A stretch of 55,416 nucleotides of DNA, the filler included, from Dimargaris cristalligena (taxonomy: Eukaryota): assembly GCA_003614675.1 (NCBI GenBank). It is 3 parts of 3 records of this genome, joined end to end, with 100 filler letters (N's around TTAATTAATTAA, not from the genome) between each part and the next. Parts side by side here need not be neighbours in the genome. Positions count along the whole stretch, not along the records: positions 37,032 to 55,416 come from ML002768.1; 2 more parts are not named here. One strand, 5' to 3'. The first letter of the stretch is position 1; each line of letters starts with the position of its first letter. A model generated the notes under the pieces. That model was not told where the DNA came from, searched no databases, and saw only the letters and a list, made by a program, of their open reading frames with translations. The position numbers and the translations under genes are program-made. Of this stretch, positions 36,932 through 48,678 are shown in pieces.

Positions 36932-37031
36932 NNNNNNNNNNNNNNNNNNNNNNNNNNNNNNNNNNNNNNNNNNNNTTAATTAATTAANNNNNNNNNNNNN
37001 NNNNNNNNNNNNNNNNNNNNNNNNNNNNNNN
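36932..37031. other. Artificial contig spacer N44-TTAATTAATTAA-N44
   Basis: Identical in structure to 18429-18528. Confidence 0.97.
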
Positions 37032-38122
37032 AAAATCCTGGGTGGCCCCCCCCCCCCCCCCAATAAGGCTTTATGGGCTGAATGTTCGACAGAGTAGGGA
37101 ACTTCTTCTCCTTGGGTCGAACCTGTCGAAGTAGGAAAAAATCGCACTATGCGCCCTTGGTTGAACCAATTGTATATTTGGTAGACACAGGCGTCCCGTT
37201 CACTTCTACGAACTGGTCTATTAAGCGTCCCCCTCAGAGTCTCTTGTACAAGATTCCACATTTCTATCCCTGTAGGGCTAGTCCCTCCACGTACGATTTA
37301 TTATATTTAGTCATAGTAACAGTTATTTTCTAATAAATATGTTAAAATTAAACTACCAATGCCAGTGAATATAAATCAGAGTAAAATTTGGGGGCAATGT
37401 GGGTGCTATGGAAGGTGGGTTGTTTAGCCATATTTCCGGTAAGACTGCTTTAACAGATACAAAAGTGGAAACATCCAATGCACGCATTACTCCAATGAAC
37501 ATATGGTGGCCACCAAAGGCCTAGGAATATGAGTAGATGAGTAACCCAGTCAACCAGTATGGTAAATTAGGCAGGTGGTGCCAGACCCACAGCTAAAATA
37601 TGACCATGTTGGCACACTATGAAGAGTTTGCTCCTAAATGTCCATTGGCATCTCCATTCACTCTGGCCATCCTTCCATGAATCCCTTTACACTTATCACC
37701 AATAGAAAATTGATGGAATGAGGTACACTTGGTCTGGTTGATAAACCCTTTGCCCTGGCCCCATACATGAAAAAAGAAACACTGTATGGCAGTGGGTTTG
37801 GGACTGGTTAAAATATGGATGTATATATCAATTTAAAGGCCAGCTGCAAGGACATCACCTCCTTGCATCAGTATAGATTTTTTTATCCCCACCTACTCCA
37901 TCATTTTAACTAAATATTTTGACCTTATATTAGCAGGAATGGTTGTAGTATAGTTTAACTTTTCTTTGCACAATTTGACTAAAGGTACAGTAGTTATTCT
38001 CATTTCCTCCTACCTTTGTGGTAGGTGATATGGCTAGCTAAGCAATACACTGATTTGTAATTTAGGGCAGACCATATTAAACTGTGTTTGATATTACTCC
38101 CCATACCATCACTTTAACCTCA

Positions 38123-39291
38123 TGTCACCCAGGTTAACTATTCTTAGTCTGTCAAGAGTCCTGAGTGTTGGCCTTCCTAATCTGACTTAATCCAGTCCTA
38201 ATAACCACCCATCCTTATTAGGCCTTATAGCACTATATTAACCCTCCCATAGTCACCCCTGGTACTATGGGTCATCCTTTATTATATAACCCTGCCCATT
38301 GTGACCCCAATGCTTTGCACCCCAAACACTCCACTTGCTGATCCAAGACTCTTCCAGTTCTCAAAAGAGTCTTCCCAATGTGAAGCTGTCTGGCTGGGCC
38401 CTTTACCTATCAGCACCTTAGCCTTAGTTGTATTCCCCTTGGGACCTCCCTCTGGAGCCATCCCCATATATATAACTAGGCCCTACTAGACTAGTTCAAT
38501 TCCTTAGCTTATTCCTACCCCTTAGTTTACCTCAATAAACTCTATATATGATCACCCCCTCATACTAACTAGTAAGTGTACCTACCACACATCCCTCACA
38601 TTCACCTATATCTGTCCTTTATTAGTTAGTACTACACCCCTATCCTAATGCTAGTAGCCCACTTGGCTGAGTCTAAGCCCCACCTACTGTTAGAAGCCTA
38701 TCCCCAAGATTCTTCACAGACTAAGAGTGGTTAACTCAGGTGACACCAAGGATAGGCTTCTAATGGTAGGTGGGGCTTAGACTTAGCCAAGTGGGCTACT
38801 AATATTAGGATGAGGCATGGTACTAACCAATAAAGGATAAGTGTGGGGAAATGCAAGGGATATGCAGTGGGCACACTTACTAGTTAGTATGAGGGGGTGA
38901 GCATATATAGTTTATTGAGGTAAATAGGGGTATGAATAAGCTAAGGAATTGAACTAGTCCCAATGGGGCCCAGTTATATATACACAGGGACAGCTGCAGA
39001 GGGAGGTCCCAAGGGAAATACTACTAAAACTAAGGTATAGGTAGATAAATAGTCCAACCAGACAGCTTCATATTAGGAAGACTCTCATGGGAACCAGAAG
39101 TGTCTTTTGGATTAGCTGGTTGAGAGTTTTGTGCAAAGCATTGGGGCCAGAAGGAAAAGGGTTATATACTGAATGATGATCCCAGAGTACTGGGGGTGAC
39201 TATGGGAGGGTTAATATGGCACTATAGGGCCTAATAAGGGCAGATGATTATTAAGTCTGGATTAAGTTGGATTAGGAGAGCTGACACCTCA
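38123..39291. mobile_element. Foldback structure: ~540-bp inverted arms (38162-38703 and 38750-39291); the left unit is bounded by ~38-bp TIRs TGTCAC...GTGACA (38123-38160 and 38708-38745)
   Basis: Arms align over their whole length; the innermost 61 bp have 5 mismatches, all transitions. Spacer GATTCTTCACAGACTAAGAGTGGTTAACTCAGGTGACA is an inverted copy of TGTCACCCAGGTTAACTATTCTTAGTCTGTCAAGAGTC. No coding capacity recognised. Confidence 0.88.
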
Positions 39292-39382
39292 CTGCAGTAT
39301 TTTTAAATGGACTTAGGTTCAATTCTGGAGCTATTTCCCATACAATTTCATATCCTGATGCACTTGTCCATTTGGCTCTACA

Positions 39383-39850
39383 ATGAAACCCAGCCTTCTT
39401 TTGACTAGATTAGCAGCTACCTGTACCCAGGCGGCAGCTTCTATACCCCATGACCAACTGTCCGCTACTCCCCCCTTCTCTCTCAGTGAAAAACCTACTG
39501 ACAGTGAAGCCCAAAGAGGCCTAACCTTTGAGAAGTGTAAACAAATCATTGGCAAGTCTCGCTACAGTGACCTGACTGCAGAAAACAAAGTGAACCCCAG
39601 CAAACTCGCCTAAAAAATCGCCATAGATGCTGACTGCATCAGGAATGGCCAACTGGCCCTCTACGGTTAGTCCAAAGTTATATCTCAGCACTTAGCGGGT
39701 AATGAAGGATTTGAATGTGTTCTCCAATTTTTTATGACCAAGGAAGATGCTTGCAAACTACGAAACCTGCCTGCCAAACGGACCTCTGTGACTAGCTATT
39801 TCGATAAATTAGCAGAACACTTTTCCTACGGAGCCCTCCATTTGATGTAG
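39383..39850 (+). pseudogene. Pseudogenised small secreted protein, paralog of 41121-41666 (in-frame stops at 39611-39613 and 39668-39670)
   Basis: Read-through translation 'MKPSLLLTRLAATCTQAAA...GLTFEKCKQIIGKSRYSDLTAENKVNPSKLA*KIAIDADCIRNGQLALYG*SKVISQHLAGNEGFECVLQFF' aligns with the neighbour's 'DLSLRECTLVLGLKLYSKLTHEFKVGQQEFIRKFSEDLALVKNGQPPTNEWAVSRHNTAVGLQCVNQYI' across both stops. Confidence 0.78.
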
Positions 39851-40781
39851 AGTATATATGACATTCCGCTGGTTAATTTTCAGTTGCATTGAACAGCCTA
39901 TTTATAAATTTTCTTCCATGAGCTAACCCCACTAAATAAATCCCTTGCTCGGCGGCTGCTCCTAGAGTATATGGTTAGACCATTATGGTCGAGCAATTCC
40001 ACCGTGTATTCCGATACTCTCTATCTATTCAAATATATTTTGGGGGGCTATTTATATTATTAGAGCCTTGTTTTTTTTATCCATCCATTTATAAACCGCC
40101 CTTCTTGGAGCATGTACCGACGGCATTTAGGCCTAAGATGGTTCTCCAATTGAACAAAAGTCGGGTGAAAAATAATGGCCATGTATGCCCCGATTCAAAA
40201 AAAGGAAGGTGGTTCACTCTACTATTCGTACGAAGCGTAAATTAGTATTGGCATAACTGTCAATAAATGGTGTTTGCCAGCGGCTATTTGAATAATTACG
40301 GTTTTTTTAGGGTACTGCCAGCTGGCCGTGGATACATTGGCGTCCTTCCCACCAATTTTAATGGTATACACTGGGCCTGATACCATTATGGAATAATGCA
40401 CTGCGTTTGCCCCCCGAATATCGCTGCAACAAAGGCATACTTTAAATTGGGACTAATTTATCCATCCTTACCCCTTTAAAAAAAATTAAAAATGGCTATA
40501 GAATTGACTGATGGGTAGGCCGACGTCATGGCTAGGGCCAGAGATGATACCCTAGTGGCTTATAATGTGGAACCTAAGCCGAGTATAAAAATAGCTCGAC
40601 CAAACCATCCCAGAACATTCGTTTTACCCTCGTCCATCTTATCCCCACCGCAGCAATGGGTCGGTAGGTGCATTTTATAAACGACATACCCACCCGCCTA
40701 GCAGCTCTGCCGAAGGGGGAAACATCCTAGAAGAAAGCGGGAAGGCGTTTCCAAAAGCAGGGATTTGGGGACTGCCTTGGT

Positions 40782-40799
40782 TATATATATATATATATA
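40782..40799. repeat. (TA)n microsatellite / TATA-like tract upstream of the secreted protein gene
   Basis: Run of TA dinucleotides ending in TATAAA, about 320 bp upstream of ATG 41121. Confidence 0.6.
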
Positions 40800-41120
40800 A
40801 ACACAGGGATGCGCCCCGTTGGCTAGTATCTTCTCTCTCTCTCTCTTTCGACTAGTACTTTTAACTAGTTTCACACTCTCATTTTTTTATGAGTCTTCGC
40901 CCTGTTTATTTAAATTAGCCAGGAGCTTAGATATTTAAATCCTAATTGCCAACCGCATTTCTTTGGACACGACAGCCCCTCCCTGTTCCAAGCCCCCAAC
41001 ATCCATTGGCTTCACGTTGGACATATTGAACTACGCGGACATTATTATTATTGTTATCAGCACGCCGGTTTCTGTTTTTTGTATACCCCCATTTGACCAT
41101 TATTGCTGTCAACCAACAAA

Positions 41121-41666
41121 ATGAGATATACCTTCTTAATTTCGGGTCTTTCTTTGGCCGCCTCGTACGTCTGTGCCACTGGACCTTCCGATGCTCTATC
41201 CTGGTCAGGCTACATATCCCGCCCAAATTACAATCCCTCCAGCCAACAAACTAGGCCGTATTCCGCCGGCCCCTATGACACCCCCTATAATTCGGGTCTA
41301 AACCCGAAGATAATGCCCAGCTTATACATGGGCCCCGCCTCCACTGATACCACGACCCACGCCGCTAGGAGAAATTACCGCGAGGACACTGGCCCACATG
41401 ACCTTTCTCTACGGGAGTGTACACTGGTCCTCGGGCTCAAACTCTATAGCAAACTAACCCATGAGTTCAAAGTCGGGCAGCAGGAATTCATCCGCAAGTT
41501 CTCGGAGGATTTAGCCCTGGTTAAGAACGGGCAACCGCCTACAAATGAATGGGCCGTGAGCAGACATAATACCGCAGTGGGTCTTCAATGCGTGAACCAA
41601 TATATTGTCCAGAAAAACACGCAGTCGCCGAAAATACAGCTGGGTCCGCTTCCCCACCTCACTTAG
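41121..41666 (+). CDS. Small secreted protein of unknown family (181 aa), effector candidate
   Basis: ATG in AAAATG context, signal-peptide-like 'MRYTFLISGLSLAASYVCA', Pro/Tyr/Ser-rich linker with an RR site, and a C-terminal two-Cys domain shared with 39383-39850. Confidence 0.75.
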   Translation: MRYTFLISGLSLAASYVCATGPSDALSWSGYISRPNYNPSSQQTRPYSAGPYDTPYNSGLNPKIMPSLYMGPASTDTTTHAARRNYREDTGPHDLSLRECTLVLGLKLYSKLTHEFKVGQQEFIRKFSEDLALVKNGQPPTNEWAVSRHNTAVGLQCVNQYIVQKNTQSPKIQLGPLPHLT

Positions 41667-42696
41667 CCATACGGCCGACCGCTATTAATGAACGATGGAT
41701 ACTTCGGCATCTCCCCTCCCCTTCCCGTTGGGGTGGTTGGAGAGGGGAAGGGGCGTCATCTCGGAGCGCATCATCAATTCGTACTCCACTCCTACGGTGT
41801 TTTATTTCAGATTCATAGGTTTAGACAATAAATTGGCGGACCGCAGAAGTTAATCGAAGTTTTCCTCATTCACCTATGTTTTCTGTCTTTTACCGAATAT
41901 ATATATATATATATCTATATATCTCTTTTGGGAGCCCCAGACTATGAATAGTGGGTGTTTTAGTTATTTTTCATTTCTAGACTATTAGTGTGACTGTTGC
42001 TTCGTCATTCCGATGGTAAATAATGTATGCCTTGTGCTCCCCTCCCCTAACCCTGATAATTAAACGAGTCCCTTCACCATCCCTTTAAAATATAACTTGG
42101 TAGAATAGTGCAGTGGCGAATTAGCAGACCCAACTAAATACAAACCACGCATTTTACTCTTGCGGCTGTACTACCGATGTACTCGTTACTATATACGGCC
42201 TATGTATATACTCTTGAAACTAAACTTACTACCGGTGTAGATTCCAGGCCCTATCATATTTAAATCACCGCTAGACCGACCGATGGATGCATGGGAAAAA
42301 TACCCATGCTCAGAATACTCATACCTGTTCACACTCCAGTGCCACACTTTCCTATTTAGGAACTGATAGCGCGCCACCAAAAAATCCGCAGGTCCCCCCC
42401 CCCCACATACCACCATACCACACTTCCAGTCAGCTGACTTTGATATATACGTTGCCCGCTGCCATTTTGACTGGTGGTGCTGATAAAAGGTTATAGTGGA
42501 GACTGGAGCTGTAGGCCCCACACACTAAGACAATGGGGCTCCCCTACACGCGGCCTATGTATATCCAACATACTCCATACCTACCATGCCCAAATGAGAC
42601 ACTTCAAAGCTTTTACAGGCGTACTGGCTAATACCTACGTTATTTATTATTATTATTAGTTAAAAAAACAACTATCTCCTTAACTTCTCAATAACC

Positions 42697-45593
42697 ATGC
42701 CCTTTCCCACTTCCTCTCGCCGGGTGGTCGTGACGGGCCTCGGTCTCGTTACCCCCCTCGGAATCGGTTGGCCCGCCGTTTGGCGTCAACTCATCGCCGG
42801 TTCGAGTGGTCTAACCTCATTAGTAGCCCCCCACTCTGAGTCTGGCCCAGCGGCCAGAGGCACCCGAGGGGATGCTAACCCGCTCCGCAATCCCGCTCGG
42901 GACTACGGAGCCCAATTCGCGGACTTACCGTCCACAGTGGCGGGCTTGGTGCCCTACGGACCAATGGCAGAAAACCGATTCGACCCCGCTGAGTGGCTGG
43001 CCAGAGGGGTAAGTAATTTACCAGGTGCTTCGATTATTTCTATATATATATATATATATATATCCTCGTTGTAAACCTAGGTCCGCCTTTACCTACTCGC
43101 CAAAACAGGTTAATGTTATGGTGAAGGAGAGTACAGGACAAACTTATATTATTTGCTTAGGCTTAGAATATATGGAGGGAGAATGGGGCGTATATAAACA
43201 AACTCCAGGTAGATCAGGAAACCAAAAAACTACTGCCAGTTCATTAAGCGATGGTTTAATTACTCATGACTGACTCACGTTGACTTCATTATACATGGCT
43301 TCCTATAGGATGAGCGTAAAATGGCTCAATTTACCCAATTTGCCATGGCCGGAGCGGAATTGGCCCTGCGCGACGCCAACTGGAAACCCGAAACCGAATC
43401 CGAGCTTCTGCGCACCGTAAGTAATCAACTTATTGTATTTCGTCATTTTAATACGTATGGTATTGGCCTAGAATGATAGTCAGAACCATGGGTGACACTT
43501 GAAACACAATATTCAACCCGGTCTAATATTGAGTTTAAACCCAACCAATCTTGAACTTACATTATCATACTAAACGGGCAAACCCACGGTGCCGGGCCAT
43601 TAGGGCGTATCGGTAGGCTCGGGCGTTGGCAGTATTGCGGATTCGGTTAATAATGCACTGGCCTTTCAACAAAGTGTAAGTCTGGTAAATATTCCCGACC
43701 ACCTGTAATTTCCTAGATCCTTTGGATCGCCACTTCATAATACCAGATATCGATTCGGATGCCCCCTTAACCTAAATGATTCTCCCAGTGTGTTTGATAT
43801 ACCTGCATGTCCACTCCATATCGCAATGTGGCCAGGGAATCCGAAAAGTCAGCCCCATGTTCGTGCCACGGACGCTGATCAACATGGCGTCAGGGCATAT
43901 TACAATGAAGTACGGATTTCAGGTAATGTACCTTGGCAATCGGTATGGCTACGAGGGGGCAGAGAAAGCTTCGCCCCGGCATCTGCCTCGTTCTTAATTT
44001 TTAATTATTTCTATGTCCTGTCTGGACCGATGTGCCTAAAAAAGCCGACCCTTGTTATCATCATCTAGGCTATTAATGAATTCGTATGATGTCTTGATGT
44101 TTACGGCTATTTTAAAAATTACAGGGCCCCAACCATGCGGTTTCCACGGCCTGCACCACCGGCCTCCATGCCATTGGCGATGCGTCGCGCTTTATCATGT
44201 TTGGCGATGCCGACGTGATGGTGGCAGGTGGGTCCGAGGCGTGTATCCACCCCCTTACTCTAGCGGGGTTTGCAAAGTACGTTAAGGGCCCCTTTCCCTT
44301 GATCAGAACTATTAGCGTCTACGGCTATTCGTGTAACCACCCACGCGCCCTAAAAGGCGATTTCCCCCCACCTTCACACACCCCCTCCTAACCCCTATGG
44401 TGGACATTCTAATTATTATTATTATTATTATTATTATTATTTGCTTACGACTTCCTCCGGAATCGGACCACCCCTTCCACAGGGCCAAATCCCTATCAAC
44501 GCGGTTCAACGATCGCCCCGCACTAGCCTCTCGGCCTTTTGATCGCCAGCGCGACGGGTTTGTCATTGGCGAAGGCTGTGGTATTGTCGTATTGGAAGAA
44601 CTCGAACACGCGCGTCGCCGGGGTGCCCCGATTTATGCCGAAATTAAGGGCTATGGTTTGTCGGGTGATGCCCACCATATGACAGCCCCGCCGGAAGACG
44701 GTCGGGGTGCCCGATTGGCTATGGAGCGGGCATTGGGCTCAGCGGGACTGCGGCCCTCGGATATTCAATATATTAACGCTCATGCTACCTCAACACCCTT
44801 GGGTAAGTATGCGAAGGGAGAGAGTCGCTTAGGCCTCTCTCTTTCTCTCTCCTCCTCCTTTTTACATTGTTTCAGCCATTGGTATTCTATTTGGCCCACC
44901 TTATTCGCATTAACACATATGTGTAGGTTAATTGGATTTCTAACTATTTCCGATGATGTATCATTTGACTACTACCATTGTGCCTCAATTCCTTTATATT
45001 TGGGGGCCTCACCCTACTCTCGATAAATAGGAGATGCGGCGGAAAACCGGGCCATTAAAAAATTATTCGCCAATGTCGATAGCTCTAAATTTGCGGTATC
45101 CTCCACCAAAGGGGCCATTGGGCACCTGTTAGGAGCGGCGGGGGCGGTTGAGACCATTTTCACTATCCTCGCTGTTTACAATGTAAGTTCAATCCACATC
45201 GTTACTACTTTTATATGGTATGGCACCACCAATAGAGTTTTTTTCCCGGTGATCACCACCGGATTCAGCCACCCCCCCCCTCTCATATTTCTGATCACTC
45301 CTAAAAACTGCCTATGACTCGCAAATTTTATTATGAACTTTTGAATATATACTAACTGATATGGGTTTACCTGAATCCCATTGATTCGTGATAATGACTG
45401 CGTGGTACCGGATCATATATAGAATATGTTACCCCCTACGCTGAACTATACTCCTGAGGATGATCCAGCCGGGGAATTCAATTTAAATTACGTTGCTGGG
45501 GAGGCCCAGGCCAAGTCCGACGTGAGTGCAGCTCTAACCAACTCATTCGGGTTCGGGGGAACCAACGGGTCCCTCTGTATTGGTAAAATCTAG
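42697..45593 (+). CDS. CEM1: Mitochondrial 3-oxoacyl-[ACP] synthase (FabF/KAS II type); exons 42697-43008, 43309-43416, 43604-43675, 43836-43922, 44125-44276, 44483-44802, 45031-45182, 45423-45593
   Basis: '[15 protein letters not shown]', '[13 protein letters not shown]' (catalytic Cys), '[16 protein letters not shown]', '[13 protein letters not shown]', '[15 protein letters not shown]', 'NSFGFGGTN'. Seven GT-AG introns with consistent phases. Confidence 0.96.
44412..44441. repeat. (ATT)10 microsatellite in a CEM1 intron
   Basis: Ten tandem ATT units; these produce the spurious poly-Ile in the ORF track. Confidence 0.9.
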
Positions 45594-47431
45594 ATCAGAG
45601 AGTTGTGGTAAGACCTACTGCTTATAAACAACCTCCATACAAGTCCTACTTTGTACCGAAAGAATCACATTCTAATAGCCGACCCCCGCTGTACCCGGAG
45701 TCTATTGACCCTAATCTCGAGACTTACCCAACCTTAGAATATATACGGCTATATAACCTGTAGTGAGCTCCCTTTTGACTATTGCATGTTTTTTTTTGCG
45801 TTTATGGTACAATAAATAACTACGCTTTGCTTATAAGAAATCCGCCTGTTGATTTGCGTTTGGGGTTAGAGTCAATAAAATGGTACATACATTAGGAGCT
45901 ACCGACAATTAAGTGGGGTCGTTCTTTAAATATGACTTTGTAGTATATGATTTGGTTGATGGTATATGTTGTGTTGGAACCATCGTTGGATGATGGATTC
46001 GCTTCAACGTACGCGAGCGGTTTGGCTAGTTTCTCGATTTTCCCCTGGAGCCGGTGCTGCCCGACGGTGAGACGGGCTATGCTTCCCTATATACAAATTT
46101 GCATGCACGCCCCATGCCCATAACACCATTGTATACAAATTGTATATGGATAGAGAATAGCCTGGTTGAGCTATATGGTACGCAAGTTTACACAGCCTAC
46201 TCCAAGCCTTTATTTATACGACTCTTCTAAATATTAATAGAATAGGCTCACTTACAGGTTTGAATTCGGGGTCTAACGTCAAGTCCCCCACGTTTTCGCC
46301 GGCTAATGAGGCCACTTCGGACTGAAGGCTTCCTTGGAGTTCGACGATGAATAAAGGGGGTAGGGAACCGGTACTGGCTTGGCCAAGTCGGCCGGAAACG
46401 ACAATGGGGATGTTCACCATAAGCACTAAAGAGTAAGGAATGAGAAAGCAGTGGAATAGTATACGAGTGACGGGTCTCCACTAGGAAATCAGGTATATAT
46501 ATATATGGCTCGGTTGAAAAAATAAAAAAGGAAAAGAAATGGAAATCCCCGAGAACGTAACAAAAGGGTAAATATTGTAGTAATTCGGAATGTCCTGGTT
46601 TTGGGGGGTTGAGTAGCGATAGATTCGCTTAGCCAAATGCCCCATGCTTACACTCCCTACACAACAAATGGGGAGGAAGGAATACATTCCCCACCTATCG
46701 CCGTGTTACACCCGCATGTCAGTTCCTATACTCCCATTACCCAAATGGGATTCATTACAAGATTTTAGTCTCCGCTATTTTCATTATTATATTAACATAA
46801 CATATTTCCATACCATGCAATGTAGTATTAACCAAAACCATGTAGGCACGTGACCCAAGATTCAATATTATAGGGATGGGGAGGAGAGGTGGGGGATTTG
46901 ACTGCGGGGCTGAAACAAATGGTGGGGGGGGGATTAAACCCCTTAATCGAATAACTCTTTATTTTATCCCATCGGAGCCCGTACCCATTGGTGGGGTTCC
47001 GATCCTGACCCAGCGATGACATTGGGTACACAATGACATGTCACGATTTCTCTTATTCATCATTGGTTCCATACAGCAAGCGATGCGCGCTGTCCATCTG
47101 TGCAAGTAATTCGGGGGAGGGGAAATCTGCGAGGTAAGGCAGCCTTTAAGCCATGACTTAGTGACAACCTCTCTCGCGCAGTATAACTAGGCGGAAGGCT
47201 AATAATAAAACTGACAAACCCATTTATTGGAGATGTATCCGTAACAATATGGGGGGTTGAGGATCAATGTCCTTCGAAAGAAGGGAATGCTGATTACACA
47301 CAAGAAGTAACTAATACAATTGACAAGCGCAATAAAAACTTTAAAAAACTACGAAACAAGTATTGTGCCATTCAATCCACATAATGGACCGGTCTTTCCT
47401 CCACCATTGCAGTATGGAGAGGAAAGAGGTA

Positions 47432-48678
47432 TTAAGCGCTAGGAAGCTTGAGGGTCTTGTCCCGGGTCCTTACAAGGTATAGAAATAAAGCAATAGTCTC
47501 GATTTCGTCCACCGGTCGACTTGAACAATGGTTAGAAACCACTGACACGAGTTCCTCTTTAGATGCCCGGTTTTTGGTGTTGAGGCGATGTACCTGGCGG
47601 TACTTCCGTAGGGTATGGATATTCATGGTGTTGAAGTCGAGCTACAAAGATGGCATTGAATAGAACCACGAGCGAAGGAAGGCGAATAGTCGGATAGATT
47701 TGGAACCATCGAGCACGGGATTAGTTAATGAATAATGTGACAAGGGGGCTTTAGTATATTGGATCGTACAACTGCATCGTCGACCATTCAAGTGTCTGAT
47801 GTCTTTTCTATAGATATATATAAAAAGAACGAAAGGATGAAGGCGAAACGGTAGCGTGAGCGGGTGATGATCCCTTTCAACTCCATCAAATCGGCCCCTC
47901 CAGGGATAAGGGAATAAAATGGGTGGCACTGTAGATATATACATGAGCATGTGATGGTACCTCGACAAATAAAAAAAATAGTTAATTACCTTGACGGGGC
48001 CGCTGGGAACTGCCGTAGATGAACGGTGGGAGCTATCATTACTGCTCGTTCGCTTGGCGCCATTGGCGGCTAGATTCAGGCAGGAATCCCCCACGCATAG
48101 TAGTAGAAGAGAACACACCACGCGTGATAAAAGGGTGAAAACAGACATGTATACCAAACCATAAGGGTAGTGTTATAGAATAGTGTCAGTTAGCAATAGG
48201 ACTTTATCAACCACCGTCTATTAGACGAGGGAGATGGGATAAATGAACCCCCATTTAGTTGTCCCGCTAGTTCACACATGGTGTAAACAAGGGAAATTGC
48301 AAAAAGGCCCACCCCTCACAGAAACCGGCGGATAGCAGCGAGTCGAATATCCAAGCCAAAGGCGCCCAAGACAAAAAAAAAGGGGGGGGGTAAATACACA
48401 GTAGTAGGGTAGCACAGTCAGCCCCACGCCTCGAGACTCGTTAAAGTCGGAAACATCCTTTCCAGGTCAACAACACAGGGCAACAACAGCCACCAGCCCA
48501 ATACGTGGACTGTGCATACTGCTAGGCTGATAGAAGCCCCGGGCAGCCCGAAGGTCAGCGGTGAACGAGAGTGGGGGGGGGATCGGGCTTATGAGACACA
48601 GCAGGACCTTTTGGTCGGTAGTGTGGACCATTACTTACACTGGGTCAGAGTTGGTGCTTGCTTAGGGCGTGGACCCAT
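47432..48678 (-). CDS. SAP30: SAP30-like Sin3/HDAC complex subunit (109 aa); exons 48678-48639, 48069-47990, 47641-47432
   Basis: C-terminal 'LDFNTMNIHTLRKYRQVHRLNTKNRASKEELVSVVSNHCSSRPVDEIETIALFLYLVR' matches the SAP30 Sin3-binding domain (TLRRY...L..V..HF....V.E.E.I..F.Y.V). Two phase-compatible GT-AG introns. Confidence 0.85.

Noticed and set aside
37660..37730. 'LHLSPIEN*WNEV', resembling the Tc1 'SPDLNPIENLW' motif
   Set aside because: A single weak motif with no supporting upstream DDE motifs, so it is left as unclassified decayed repeat.
39611..39670. In-frame TAA/TAG as evidence for stop-codon reassignment
   Set aside because: Conserved genes here terminate normally at TAA (BET3, BTN1, SAP30) and TAG (CEM1, MPE1), so pseudogenisation is the simpler explanation.
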